From assembly GCA_014728035.1 (NCBI GenBank), contig WJMJ01000045.1, positions 1 through 61,334 on the forward strand: 61,334 bases of DNA. The letters are read 5' to 3'. The first letter of the stretch is position 1, and each line of letters opens with the position of its first letter. A program made the position numbers and the translations under genes. Origin of the DNA: Promethearchaeota archaeon (GTDB taxonomy: Archaea > Asgardarchaeota > Thorarchaeia > Thorarchaeales > Thorarchaeaceae). Below the pieces are notes generated by a model. That model saw only the letters and a program-made list of their open reading frames with translations, made no database searches and had not been told where the DNA came from. Below, one piece after another: positions 7,840 through 16,168 of this stretch.

Positions 7840-8865
7840 TCATAATATCAATTTTCCATCTTTCATGATGGTTTTCTTTCGACCATCGGAATAGGTGATT
7901 TCCACGGTTGGTCGATCAACGAGAAAGTCTTGATGATTCGCAGAATTATTAGCACTAACTCCTGGGTAATCCATATTATTTCCAAATGCTACATGGATTG
8001 TATTTCCTACTTTCTCTGATTCGAGAAATTCCTTGACGATTCGGGCTTTTGAATTCAGTCCAATTGCGAATTCTCCAACGAATCGAGCCATCTTATCAGT
8101 TGCTTGGGTTTTCTCAACAATTTCTAATGCCTTATCATCTTCGCACGAAAGAGATTCTACATATCCATCTTTTACCTGAAGAGTTATTGGTTTATCTAGT
8201 GGTCTTATTCCTCCAACAGCTAGGTCACAAACTAATGTTCCTTGCATTGAGGTCTCAATTGGACCTACAAGCACTTCTCCAGTAGGTAAGTTTAGCCATT
8301 TCATCTCGTGCCAGTTCAGAAAAGTATCACTAAACCACGTACGTCCTTTAACTCCGAGTGTGAAGTCAGAACCAGCTGGTGCTGTGACATGGACACTTTC
8401 TACATCTTGTAGAATCGCTAGAAGATTTCTTGCTTGTTCTTGCATCTCAGCATTCTCTTCTCTGGAGAGAGATAATGCTCCTTCTGTGAGCATTTCCATG
8501 TTAATTCCCGGACAATGTCCTAATCGTGACTCACCTTTTCTTGTCTCAAGCTTAATTATCTTAATTCTAAAAGGGGTTTCGTCAGCTGGACCACGTAAAA
8601 GATTGATGTAGATATCAGGTGGATTAGGACCATTTATCATTTCAACAAGTTCAGGAGGAACAGCCTTGCGAAATTCTTCCGGTTCTGTTTCCATTACAAA
8701 TATTCGAGTCCAGAGACCTAATTCAAGTCCACCTTTTGCGAATGCATAGCCAATATCCTTGAGGATATCATCCACAACTATCAGAATTGATTCACCAGGT
8801 CTGGCTTCTAACACTGCTTCTAGTGCATTTGCAGCAGCAATTTTTGGATCCATGGTAATTACCAT
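7840..8865 (-). CDS. Aminopeptidase, M29 (aminopeptidase T-like)
   Basis: NLPTGEV, GEFAIGLN, ESEKVGNTIHVAFG and NHQD motifs. Confidence 0.85.
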   Translation of the reverse strand: MVITMDPKIAAANALEAVLEARPGESILIVVDDILKDIGYAFAKGGLELGLWTRIFVMETEPEEFRKAVPPELVEMINGPNPPDIYINLLRGPADETPFRIKIIKLETRKGESRLGHCPGINMEMLTEGALSLSREENAEMQEQARNLLAILQDVESVHVTAPAGSDFTLGVKGRTWFSDTFLNWHEMKWLNLPTGEVLVGPIETSMQGTLVCDLAVGGIRPLDKPITLQVKDGYVESLSCEDDKALEIVEKTQATDKMARFVGEFAIGLNSKARIVKEFLESEKVGNTIHVAFGNNMDYPGVSANNSANHQDFLVDRPTVEITYSDGRKKTIMKDGKLIL

Positions 8866-8922
8866 TAGAATTCTAATCCAAGTATCCTATGGATGTTTTG
8901 GATTGAACAAAAAAGTGTAAAA

Positions 8923-8946
8923 TGTGTGATGGGTTTCCACCACACA
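8923..8946 (-). terminator. Hairpin plus T-tract after the CTL-like gene
   Basis: tgtgtg-a-tgg-gttt-cca-c-cacaca, followed on the minus strand by a T-rich run. Confidence 0.45.
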
Positions 8947-8954
8947 ATTTTGAA

Positions 8955-10334
8955 TTATTCAGCCTTCTGAGCTTTCTGATACGCTGAATCTAGCTCTTTG
9001 GACATTGATGATGGGATTGCGGTCTTTCCAGTGACACTACCTTCTTTCCTTCGGATGAAGATGTACAGAAGTGTGACATATACGATATCGAAAGTTCTCA
9101 GTACCAATGTAGCTGGTATTCCAGCAAAGACTATTGCTAATATAGCAAAAATGAAACCAACAAAGATATCCTGTCCCAGAGCATAACCTGCAACAAATCC
9201 TCCAATTCCAAATCCTAGGAATATGAAGATTGCTAGTACAAGAAAGCCCCATCGAACAGCTGTTTCTTTTATCATTACGTCTACAAAGTTTTTACGTACC
9301 ATTCCCGCACTTCGTTTGATGCCTTTTGTAGCACTCAACTCCTCTGCAACCATTGCTGGTATCGTGAAGTAGTTTACTAGCATCCAAACCCATCCAAGAA
9401 TGCCTGAGGCAGCTGATCCAACTGCTCGTCCTCCTGGGCCCGATTCTCTAGTAATTGCTCGGATTATCAATCGTATAATAGCGACGATAACGCTCATAAT
9501 ACTAAGAACAATGAGTCCTCCAATCACACTCAATGACCCTTTCACTCCATCTCCAAGACTTGGGTCTCGTCCGCGCATGTAGATATAGGTCATAGCAGAT
9601 GATGTTGAATACGCAAAATTGTAGAAGAATATGGTTAGGAATAAGTAGAGAATGAATCCAACACCCAGAGGCCATCCATTTTCAATTGTTAGTTCTTCTG
9701 TACCCATCAGAACTTGGTCTGGAGTAAATTGCAAAAGTATTGCTCCCCATAGTAGAGCTGATACAAGGGTGAAGACCATTGTGAGAAGTGGTGGTACAAA
9801 CACACCCTTTTCATCTAGACACACTTGACCAGTTAGCTTGATTATTTCTCCCGCTCTTCTTACTCTATCTTTGAAGATTGTAAGCATTAAAATGAAGAGG
9901 ACGAGTGTTATCAAACCAGGTATTAGGATTGGCCATGAATTCAATAGCATAGAGAATGTCATAGCGCCTGTTGCAATCAACATGACTGGAATCGACCACG
10001 TAATAATCAGCATGAATGCTGCTCCAATGTATATGAGCGTTCCACCTAATCTCCTTGCGGCAGCAGCAGCAGCAATTGCCATGATAGCACTAAGCACAAT
10101 TAACCCCGCAGCAGCACCAATTATATACCAGATGCTTTGAGTTAGCAGGTCAGGTAGTCCACTTGTTTGCAGAAAGTTCATGACCTGAGTTCCATATTCT
10201 TGCCAGAGCATCCATAGTGAGTATGCTCCATAAGCAAAGAACAGTCCGAAAACTATCAACAGACCAAAAACTTTTCCTTTATGACTGGGATAGCTTCCCT
10301 TTTTGTGATATTCAATCAAATCTTTTGGTGGCAT
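8955..10334 (-). CDS. Multi-pass membrane protein resembling choline transporter-like (SLC44/CTL) / DUF6159 family
   Basis: About 10 TM segments. 'KDRVRRAGEIIKLTGQV..VPP', 'IGGLIVLSIMSVIVAIIRLII' and 'NYFTIPAMV..KGIKRSAGMVRKN' blocks occur in CTL-family order. Confidence 0.6.
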   Translation of the reverse strand: MPPKDLIEYHKKGSYPSHKGKVFGLLIVFGLFFAYGAYSLWMLWQEYGTQVMNFLQTSGLPDLLTQSIWYIIGAAAGLIVLSAIMAIAAAAAARRLGGTLIYIGAAFMLIITWSIPVMLIATGAMTFSMLLNSWPILIPGLITLVLFILMLTIFKDRVRRAGEIIKLTGQVCLDEKGVFVPPLLTMVFTLVSALLWGAILLQFTPDQVLMGTEELTIENGWPLGVGFILYLFLTIFFYNFAYSTSSAMTYIYMRGRDPSLGDGVKGSLSVIGGLIVLSIMSVIVAIIRLIIRAITRESGPGGRAVGSAASGILGWVWMLVNYFTIPAMVAEELSATKGIKRSAGMVRKNFVDVMIKETAVRWGFLVLAIFIFLGFGIGGFVAGYALGQDIFVGFIFAILAIVFAGIPATLVLRTFDIVYVTLLYIFIRRKEGSVTGKTAIPSSMSKELDSAYQKAQKAE

Positions 10335-10442
10335 TTTCTTCCTCCTGTTTAGCGTAAACTGCTCTTAGTTGGGCATTTCTCACGTTTAAATCTATGCAAT
10401 AATTAGCATGGGCTCAATAGAATAAGTCAAAAGACAATATAT

Positions 10443-10943
10443 TTGAGAAATGATGTTCTTTTGATACCTATGGACGATATATCTTTCTGTGAACCTGGAA
10501 CAGTTTTCTGTAAAGCCAATAAAATCATGCTACCTGTTGATGGTAGTGATGGTTCTGCACGAGCTGCAACAGTTGCATTTGAGGTTGCTGAACTGACTGA
10601 ATCAAAGGTTTACATCATTCATGTTGTACCAACTTCAATGGTGAAGCAATTCTCATATATATCAGGGTCTGATCATGACGAAACTTTGAGAAAGTACAAT
10701 GAAAAGGGTCGTTGGCTGTTAACGGGCTATAAAGAAGCGGCAGAGGAGTACGGACTGGAAGCCGAAACAATCATTGAAGAAGGTCTTCCATCTGAACGTA
10801 TTATTCGAGCAGCAAGAGAATATGACGTGGACCTCATTGTAATTGGTGTTGAAGGTGCTAGTGGTCAAAAGCGAGCAGGGATGGGCAGTACTACCGAAAG
10901 AGTTGTTTTGGGTTCTCATTGTACTGTTATTGTGGCAAAATGA
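10443..10943 (+). CDS. Universal stress protein
   Basis: IMLPVDGSDGSARA, DLIVIG and MGSTTERVV. Likely start is ATG 10470. Confidence 0.9.
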   Translation: MRNDVLLIPMDDISFCEPGTVFCKANKIMLPVDGSDGSARAATVAFEVAELTESKVYIIHVVPTSMVKQFSYISGSDHDETLRKYNEKGRWLLTGYKEAAEEYGLEAETIIEEGLPSERIIRAAREYDVDLIVIGVEGASGQKRAGMGSTTERVVLGSHCTVIVAK

Positions 10944-10975
10944 CTGATTGATATATTCAATAACTTTCTAATCGA

Positions 10976-11497
10976 ATGACAAGCCATTTTAGGTGGCTTT
11001 ACATACAGGTTATCATTATGGTTGAACCGATATATTGTGAACCTGGTAGACTGTTCTGTAGAACAAAAAGAGTGATGCTCCCAGTTGATGGCAGTGAGGG
11101 GTCTGCACGGGCTGCAAAGATAGCTTATGAAATCGCTGAAATGGCCAAAGCAAAATTATTAGTGGTGCATGTAATCAATCTTGGTGCGGTTCAACAAGTT
11201 GCAACCATGTCCGATACTGATATCATTGTGGTACTTCAACGATACATGACTAATGGTCGAACACTATTAGAAAAATATCGAGCTGAAGCAGAGGAGTTCG
11301 GGATAGATTGTGAGCTTGTCCTAGAAAAGGGATTGCCTTCTGATAAAATAGTTCTTCTTGGAAGAAATAGAGATGTAGACATCATTGTTATGGGCTCTGA
11401 AGGAGCAACTGGAGATCGACGTGTAGGTGGAGGACTTGGTAGTTCCACTGAACGAGTTGTTCGTCGATCAAGGTGTCCAGTCCTAGTTGTGAAATAG
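10976..11497 (+). CDS. Universal stress protein (tandem paralog)
   Basis: VMLPVDGSEGSARA, DIIVMGS and LGSSTERVVRRSRCPVLVVK. Likely start is ATG 11018. Confidence 0.92.
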   Translation: MTSHFRWLYIQVIIMVEPIYCEPGRLFCRTKRVMLPVDGSEGSARAAKIAYEIAEMAKAKLLVVHVINLGAVQQVATMSDTDIIVVLQRYMTNGRTLLEKYRAEAEEFGIDCELVLEKGLPSDKIVLLGRNRDVDIIVMGSEGATGDRRVGGGLGSSTERVVRRSRCPVLVVK

Positions 11498-11508
11498 CTT
11501 CCACTGAT

Positions 11509-11757
11509 CTAATCATTGAATTGTGATGCTAACTGCATCATTTTTCTGATAGATAGAAACTCCATTCCCGATTCAGTATACATAGAGGTTATCTCTTTTG
11601 CAACATCTTGTGGTATTCCCTGCTCTTGTAGTTTCTCATAGAATGTTTTTGCGCCGTCTTTGACTTGCCCTTTTCCTCTTCGGATTGCCATGTAAGCTTT
11701 AGCCATCATTTTGAATCCGCCGGAAATAGCAGAGGCAAGTAGCCTTGCTGTACCCAT
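11509..11757 (-). CDS. Small hypothetical protein
   Basis: 82 aa, coupled to the upstream gene by TAATG overlap. Shares the FYxKLxEQGIP motif with it. Confidence 0.7.
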   Translation of the reverse strand: MGTARLLASAISGGFKMMAKAYMAIRRGKGQVKDGAKTFYEKLQEQGIPQDVAKEITSMYTESGMEFLSIRKMMQLASQFND

Positions 11758-12083
11758 TACTCTTCTTCATCCTTCTTGCGTTTTCTACGAGTATCTATCT
11801 CAATTGTTTCTCCGTTCGCCATACTCATGATTTTTCCAAAGTCCAAAGCACCAACATACTTGCGAGTCATCTCTAAAGCCAATTCTTCAGGTATTCCCTG
11901 TTCTATCAGTTTTGAGTAAAAAATCCCAATTGCTTCAGCCATTGAAGATGCGGAGTCTGGACTATATACACTTCCAATTAGACCTGAGATAAGCTTGGGT
12001 ATTGATTCATTCAAGGCACTAAAAACTTCTGAAATTTCCTTTGCGTCATCCGTTTCATATTGCTTTTTCTTTTCTTCTGACAT
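11757..12083 (-). CDS. Small hypothetical protein
   Basis: 108 aa with FYSKLIEQGIPEELALEMTRKY motif. AGGT RBS. Confidence 0.75.
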   Translation of the reverse strand: MSEEKKKQYETDDAKEISEVFSALNESIPKLISGLIGSVYSPDSASSMAEAIGIFYSKLIEQGIPEELALEMTRKYVGALDFGKIMSMANGETIEIDTRRKRKKDEEE

Positions 12084-12108
12084 TATAGTTACCTATGGCA
12101 TACTAGGC

Positions 12109-12146
12109 TGGTCACTGAATATTATATTTATGAGAAAAAGTGACCA
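12109..12146. promoter_or_regulatory. Inverted repeat flanking an AT-rich TATA-like stretch
   Basis: TGGTCACT-N22-AGTGACCA around aatattatattta, upstream of the 12083 start. Confidence 0.45.
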
Positions 12147-12255
12147 CTACCCTGACCGTGTTTGAGCGATACAACACATAGAAAATGAATTATTTAGCAG
12201 AATATTTATCTTATTAGAAGCGTTCATTGTATTAGGTCTTTTTGAGGTTACAGAA

Positions 12256-12450
12256 ATGAGTTTAAAGAAGAAGCTTGGAATACTTCTCTTACTGTATGTG
12301 ATTCTTGGATTTGCTTATAATATCGGAATCTCATATGGAGTCATTCCTTTTGGAGAAGCAGCGGGTCCTTTGAATGTTTTATTTTGGATCTTTTATCCCA
12401 TAGCACTAATATGGACACTCATTGCTGCATCCTTAGGTCTGCAAATATAG
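12256..12450 (+). CDS. Small two-TM membrane protein
   Basis: 64 aa with two hydrophobic segments. GAGGT RBS. Confidence 0.65.
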   Translation: MSLKKKLGILLLLYVILGFAYNIGISYGVIPFGEAAGPLNVLFWIFYPIALIWTLIAASLGLQI

Positions 12451-12559
12451 GATAAAGCTCTACCAAAAAACTATTTGAATCATAAATAATGCAAGCGATT
12501 TTATGTTGACTGAGAGCGAGCTGATTGGCAGTATGGTACATTCATACTTTTTCCAATAA

Positions 12560-13033
12560 TTATTGCTTTTCACGAACGAGAGTATAATATACCGCTCGGT
12601 CATCGTCACCCTCTACTGCCTTGACAATCTTTCTCTTTAGAAGACTCTTTATTCTTTCTCTAATTATTCTTCTTGATGCGGTTCCCCTTTCAGCTCGGAC
12701 TGCAGCAGTAATCTGACTGATATTGAGTGGTCTAGATTCATCAAGAATCTTGATAATATTCCAGCTAATGTCATCCTTTTTCAAATCTTGAAATCTTGAT
12801 TCGAGTCGCTGAACCTTAGTGAACTTTGACATCAAACGAACCATGCCATCGTAAAACTCGAATCCTTCTCGGATAACACGGGCAGACTCGGACACCTCTT
12901 CGATTCCAGGACTCATTTTTTCCATTAATTTCTCTACTCTTGCTAATCGATTAGAAATCTCATCAAGTCGTTCTTGCATCTCCTCGATTGAAATTTCGTT
13001 ATCTTTTTCAGAGGTTTTCTTTTCACGCGTCAA
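12560..13033 (-). CDS. Coiled-coil plus winged-HTH transcriptional regulator
   Basis: N-terminal heptads, then 'IIKILDESRPLNISQIT..ASRRIIRERIKSL..KIVK..VYYTL' wHTH. Confidence 0.7.
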   Translation of the reverse strand: MTREKKTSEKDNEISIEEMQERLDEISNRLARVEKLMEKMSPGIEEVSESARVIREGFEFYDGMVRLMSKFTKVQRLESRFQDLKKDDISWNIIKILDESRPLNISQITAAVRAERGTASRRIIRERIKSLLKRKIVKAVEGDDDRAVYYTLVREKQ

Positions 13034-13127
13034 GTAGAATCCGCCGTAATGTCTATCAGGATTGTGATTTAGTATTTACTCCTTAGTATTTAACTAATCT
13101 TTTGGTACATTTGAGTGTGGTGTAGAT

Positions 13128-14546
13128 ATGGTAAAGAGTGAGAAAAGAAAGGATGTGGAGAATGTGAAACCATTACGCGATCTATTCCACTTCGACCACT
13201 TTACTCAATTCTACAAACTTTATGTCCCTTATTCCATTCTTGTTGGTGTTATTTGTGGACTTGCTATGGTTGTTTTTCAAATTTGTATTGATAGCATGGT
13301 ATTCCTATTTTCTGGTCTTCCTATCTTCATAGCACCATTAATTGGCGGACTTTTTTCGGGATTGCTGATTTTTTTTGGTGTTCGCGAGATTGAGGGTAGT
13401 GGTATCTCTAAAGCAATTGAACTAACTCACGATATTGGTGAATTGCATCCCAGAACCGCAATAACAAAGATTTTGGCAACATCAGTTTCTATAGGCAGTG
13501 GAAATCCTGTCGGCCGAGAAGGGCCTGCAGTATTAATTGGTGCTGCAATTGCAAATACCCTTGGCCGAAAGTTAGGGTATAGTGATGCTCCAACACTGCG
13601 TGTTTTTATTATGATGGGATCTGCGGCATGTACTGCTGGTATCTATAAAGCACCTTTAGGTGGAGCTTTGTTCGCATCTGAAGCTCCATACAAGAGAGAT
13701 GCAAGAATGGGATATTTTGTTCCTACAATACTAGCTGCAATTACTTCCTATCTGGTTTTTACTGTACTTATGGGAATTCATCCCTTACTTCCCATTGATA
13801 ACGGATTTGTCATGTCTCTTGAAGTGGTTCCATTGATTATAGCAATGGGCTTTGTATGTGGAGTTGTAGCGATTCTTTTCTCTGTGTCCTTAATGGCTAC
13901 TCGAAATTTCTTCAAACTTGAATTACCTGATTGGGCAGATCCTGTTGCTGGAGCGATTTTTGCCTGCATTGTGATTTTTATCACTGGTTTATTTCTTGAC
14001 CCGCATCTTACAGTGGCAGGTATGGGGTATGACGTTATCGGTTATATTGCTACATCAACTATTCCAATAACTGCACTTTTGGTTCTTCTCTTTGGGAAAC
14101 TTTTCACTACATCATTTGTTGTTGCAGGACGTGTTTCAGGTGGCGTCCTAGCTTCCTCATTATTTGTTGGAGCGATGCTAGGAGCTATCTTTGGTGAAAT
14201 TTTCTTTCCTGAACATGTAATTGCTTTCATGATCTTAGGAATGGGGGGGTTGTTAGCTGCAAATACAAACACTCCTATTGCTACTACTATCCTTATTCTA
14301 GAACTGAGTCACAGTTTTGATTTACTGATTCCTCTTGTAATCTGCATTTGTATTTCTTATCTTGTTGGCGGTGGTACATCTCTTTATGAGGGACAAAAAG
14401 TCGCCAGATCTGATGAGGATCCCAACTATTTTGCGCCCATTACCTCTCCTCCATATCCTGATATAGGAAAAAGCATTGGAACTGCAAATCCTGTTGACAG
14501 TGACAATAAGAGTGCAAATGAACCGGATAATAAGGAATTGAAATGA
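13128..14546 (+). CDS. ClC-family chloride channel/antiporter (no CBS domains)
   Basis: GSGIS, GSGNPVGREGPAV, YKAPLGGALFASE, NTPIA and SLYE motifs. Confidence 0.92.
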   Translation: MVKSEKRKDVENVKPLRDLFHFDHFTQFYKLYVPYSILVGVICGLAMVVFQICIDSMVFLFSGLPIFIAPLIGGLFSGLLIFFGVREIEGSGISKAIELTHDIGELHPRTAITKILATSVSIGSGNPVGREGPAVLIGAAIANTLGRKLGYSDAPTLRVFIMMGSAACTAGIYKAPLGGALFASEAPYKRDARMGYFVPTILAAITSYLVFTVLMGIHPLLPIDNGFVMSLEVVPLIIAMGFVCGVVAILFSVSLMATRNFFKLELPDWADPVAGAIFACIVIFITGLFLDPHLTVAGMGYDVIGYIATSTIPITALLVLLFGKLFTTSFVVAGRVSGGVLASSLFVGAMLGAIFGEIFFPEHVIAFMILGMGGLLAANTNTPIATTILILELSHSFDLLIPLVICICISYLVGGGTSLYEGQKVARSDEDPNYFAPITSPPYPDIGKSIGTANPVDSDNKSANEPDNKELK

Positions 14547-14569
14547 TTAAATCATGAGCAATAGAATAC

Positions 14570-15028
14570 TTGATATGCCTTGAAAGAATGATTGGATTGA
14601 AATGTTCTTATATAGGTGGATTTATCCAAAATCGAGAACTACTCCGATGTGTTGTAAACATGAATCAAATAGCCACATTCGTCTTGGACCTTGACACTGG
14701 CGCATTGAGCAGAATTAGAGGTTCTGAGAAACGTATTCCTGTGAAAGTTCTTGTTGACTATCAGAATACTTACGTTGTATTAGATTGCGAATGTTGTCCC
14801 GAATTGCTAGCTAGTCGATTACCCGGTGGTGTTTTGATTCCCATAGCTTCATCGTTGAAAACTTTCTTTGAAGAGCACAACATGCGTAATATTGCTGTTG
14901 ATGTTGATGGTAACAAAATGACTCGTACCTATCGTGGTAACATCGAAGCTGAAGTTATCGATGCTATGGAAGAACAAGTACAAAATGCTATAATCCAGTT
15001 CATGAAAAAGCGAAAACAAGTATCATAA
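14570..15028 (+). CDS. Hypothetical protein with CxCC motif
   Basis: ORF containing LDCECCPE. Likely start is ATG 14660. Confidence 0.65.
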   Translation: MICLERMIGLKCSYIGGFIQNRELLRCVVNMNQIATFVLDLDTGALSRIRGSEKRIPVKVLVDYQNTYVVLDCECCPELLASRLPGGVLIPIASSLKTFFEEHNMRNIAVDVDGNKMTRTYRGNIEAEVIDAMEEQVQNAIIQFMKKRKQVS

Positions 15029-15061
15029 AAAAAGAGCGAGGGAATACTCCCTCTTCATAGA

Positions 15062-16156
15062 TCATTGATTTTCTTCTCTGAATTCCTTCATGAATTCAGC
15101 TAATTTCTTAACACCATCAAGTGGCATTGCGTTGTAAATTGAAGCTCTCATTCCACCAATTGAACGATGTCCTTTCAAACCAACGAGGTCTCGTTTTGCT
15201 CCCTCTGCTACCATCTTAGTTTCGAGTTCATCAGACTCCAGTGTGAAGGTCACGTTCATTAAAGAACGGGAATCAGCTCTTGCATGTCCGCGATAGAAAC
15301 CATCAGACTCATCAATTGCATCATAGAGCAGTTTTGCTTTCTCTCTATTGATCTTCTCGATTGCAGAAACACCTCCAAGTTCTTTTAGATAGTCCATTGC
15401 CAGTTTGCTGATATATATGGCAAAAGATGGTGGAGTGTGAAAGAGCGAGTTCTTAGCAACTTCGGTTCTCCACTTGAAGAGTGTAGGGCTATCTTCAGAA
15501 GCTCGATCTATCAAATCTTCTCTAATAATGAGTAGAGTAACACCAGCTGGACCCAAGTTTTTCTGAGCTCCTGCATAAATCACTCCAAAATCCTTGACAT
15601 CAATGACTTGATCCATCAAGTTTGAAGACATATCACAGACTAGCGGTACATCTTCTGCGGTTTTAGGCCATGTCTGATATTCTGTACCATAGAGTGTGTT
15701 ATTTCCAGTTATGTGTGCAAAAGCAGCATCATCACTAAACGAGATGTCTTTTGGGATGTATTTGAATGTGTCCTCCTCTGAAGAAGCAACTACTTTGACT
15801 TCACCGTAGTACTTGGCTTCCTTGATGGCTTTCTTAGACCATCCTCCCGTGTTGACATATTCCATTGGTTTTCCATCGATCTGAAGGTTGAATGGCACTT
15901 GCCAGAATTGTGTAGAAGCACCTCCTTGTAACCACAATATCTTGTAGTCATCAGGTACATTCATCAAACCTCGCACATTTGCAATTGCTTCATTGTGGAG
16001 TTCATCATATTCCTTGGACCTGTGGGATATCTCAAGAATTGACATGCCAGTGTCCATGAAATTCAGTAGTTCCTCCTTTGCCTTCTCTAATGCTGGCAAT
16101 GGAAGGGTTGCAGGACCGGGATAGAAATTGTATACCCTCTTCGTCATGTTTTTCAC
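15062..16156 (-). CDS. serC: Phosphoserine aminotransferase (bacterial type)
   Basis: NFYPGPATLP, EISHRS, LQGGASTQF, CDMSS, YAGAQKNLGPAG (PLP lysine) and LKGHRSIGGMRASIYNAMP. Confidence 0.97.
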   Translation of the reverse strand: MKNMTKRVYNFYPGPATLPLPALEKAKEELLNFMDTGMSILEISHRSKEYDELHNEAIANVRGLMNVPDDYKILWLQGGASTQFWQVPFNLQIDGKPMEYVNTGGWSKKAIKEAKYYGEVKVVASSEEDTFKYIPKDISFSDDAAFAHITGNNTLYGTEYQTWPKTAEDVPLVCDMSSNLMDQVIDVKDFGVIYAGAQKNLGPAGVTLLIIREDLIDRASEDSPTLFKWRTEVAKNSLFHTPPSFAIYISKLAMDYLKELGGVSAIEKINREKAKLLYDAIDESDGFYRGHARADSRSLMNVTFTLESDELETKMVAEGAKRDLVGLKGHRSIGGMRASIYNAMPLDGVKKLAEFMKEFREENQ

Positions 16157-16168
16157 CTTTTTATCTGC

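Noticed and set aside
13034-13127. Fluoride riboswitch upstream of the ClC gene
   Set aside because: No GGCGAUG-type consensus, and the ClC lacks fluoride-type signature motifs.
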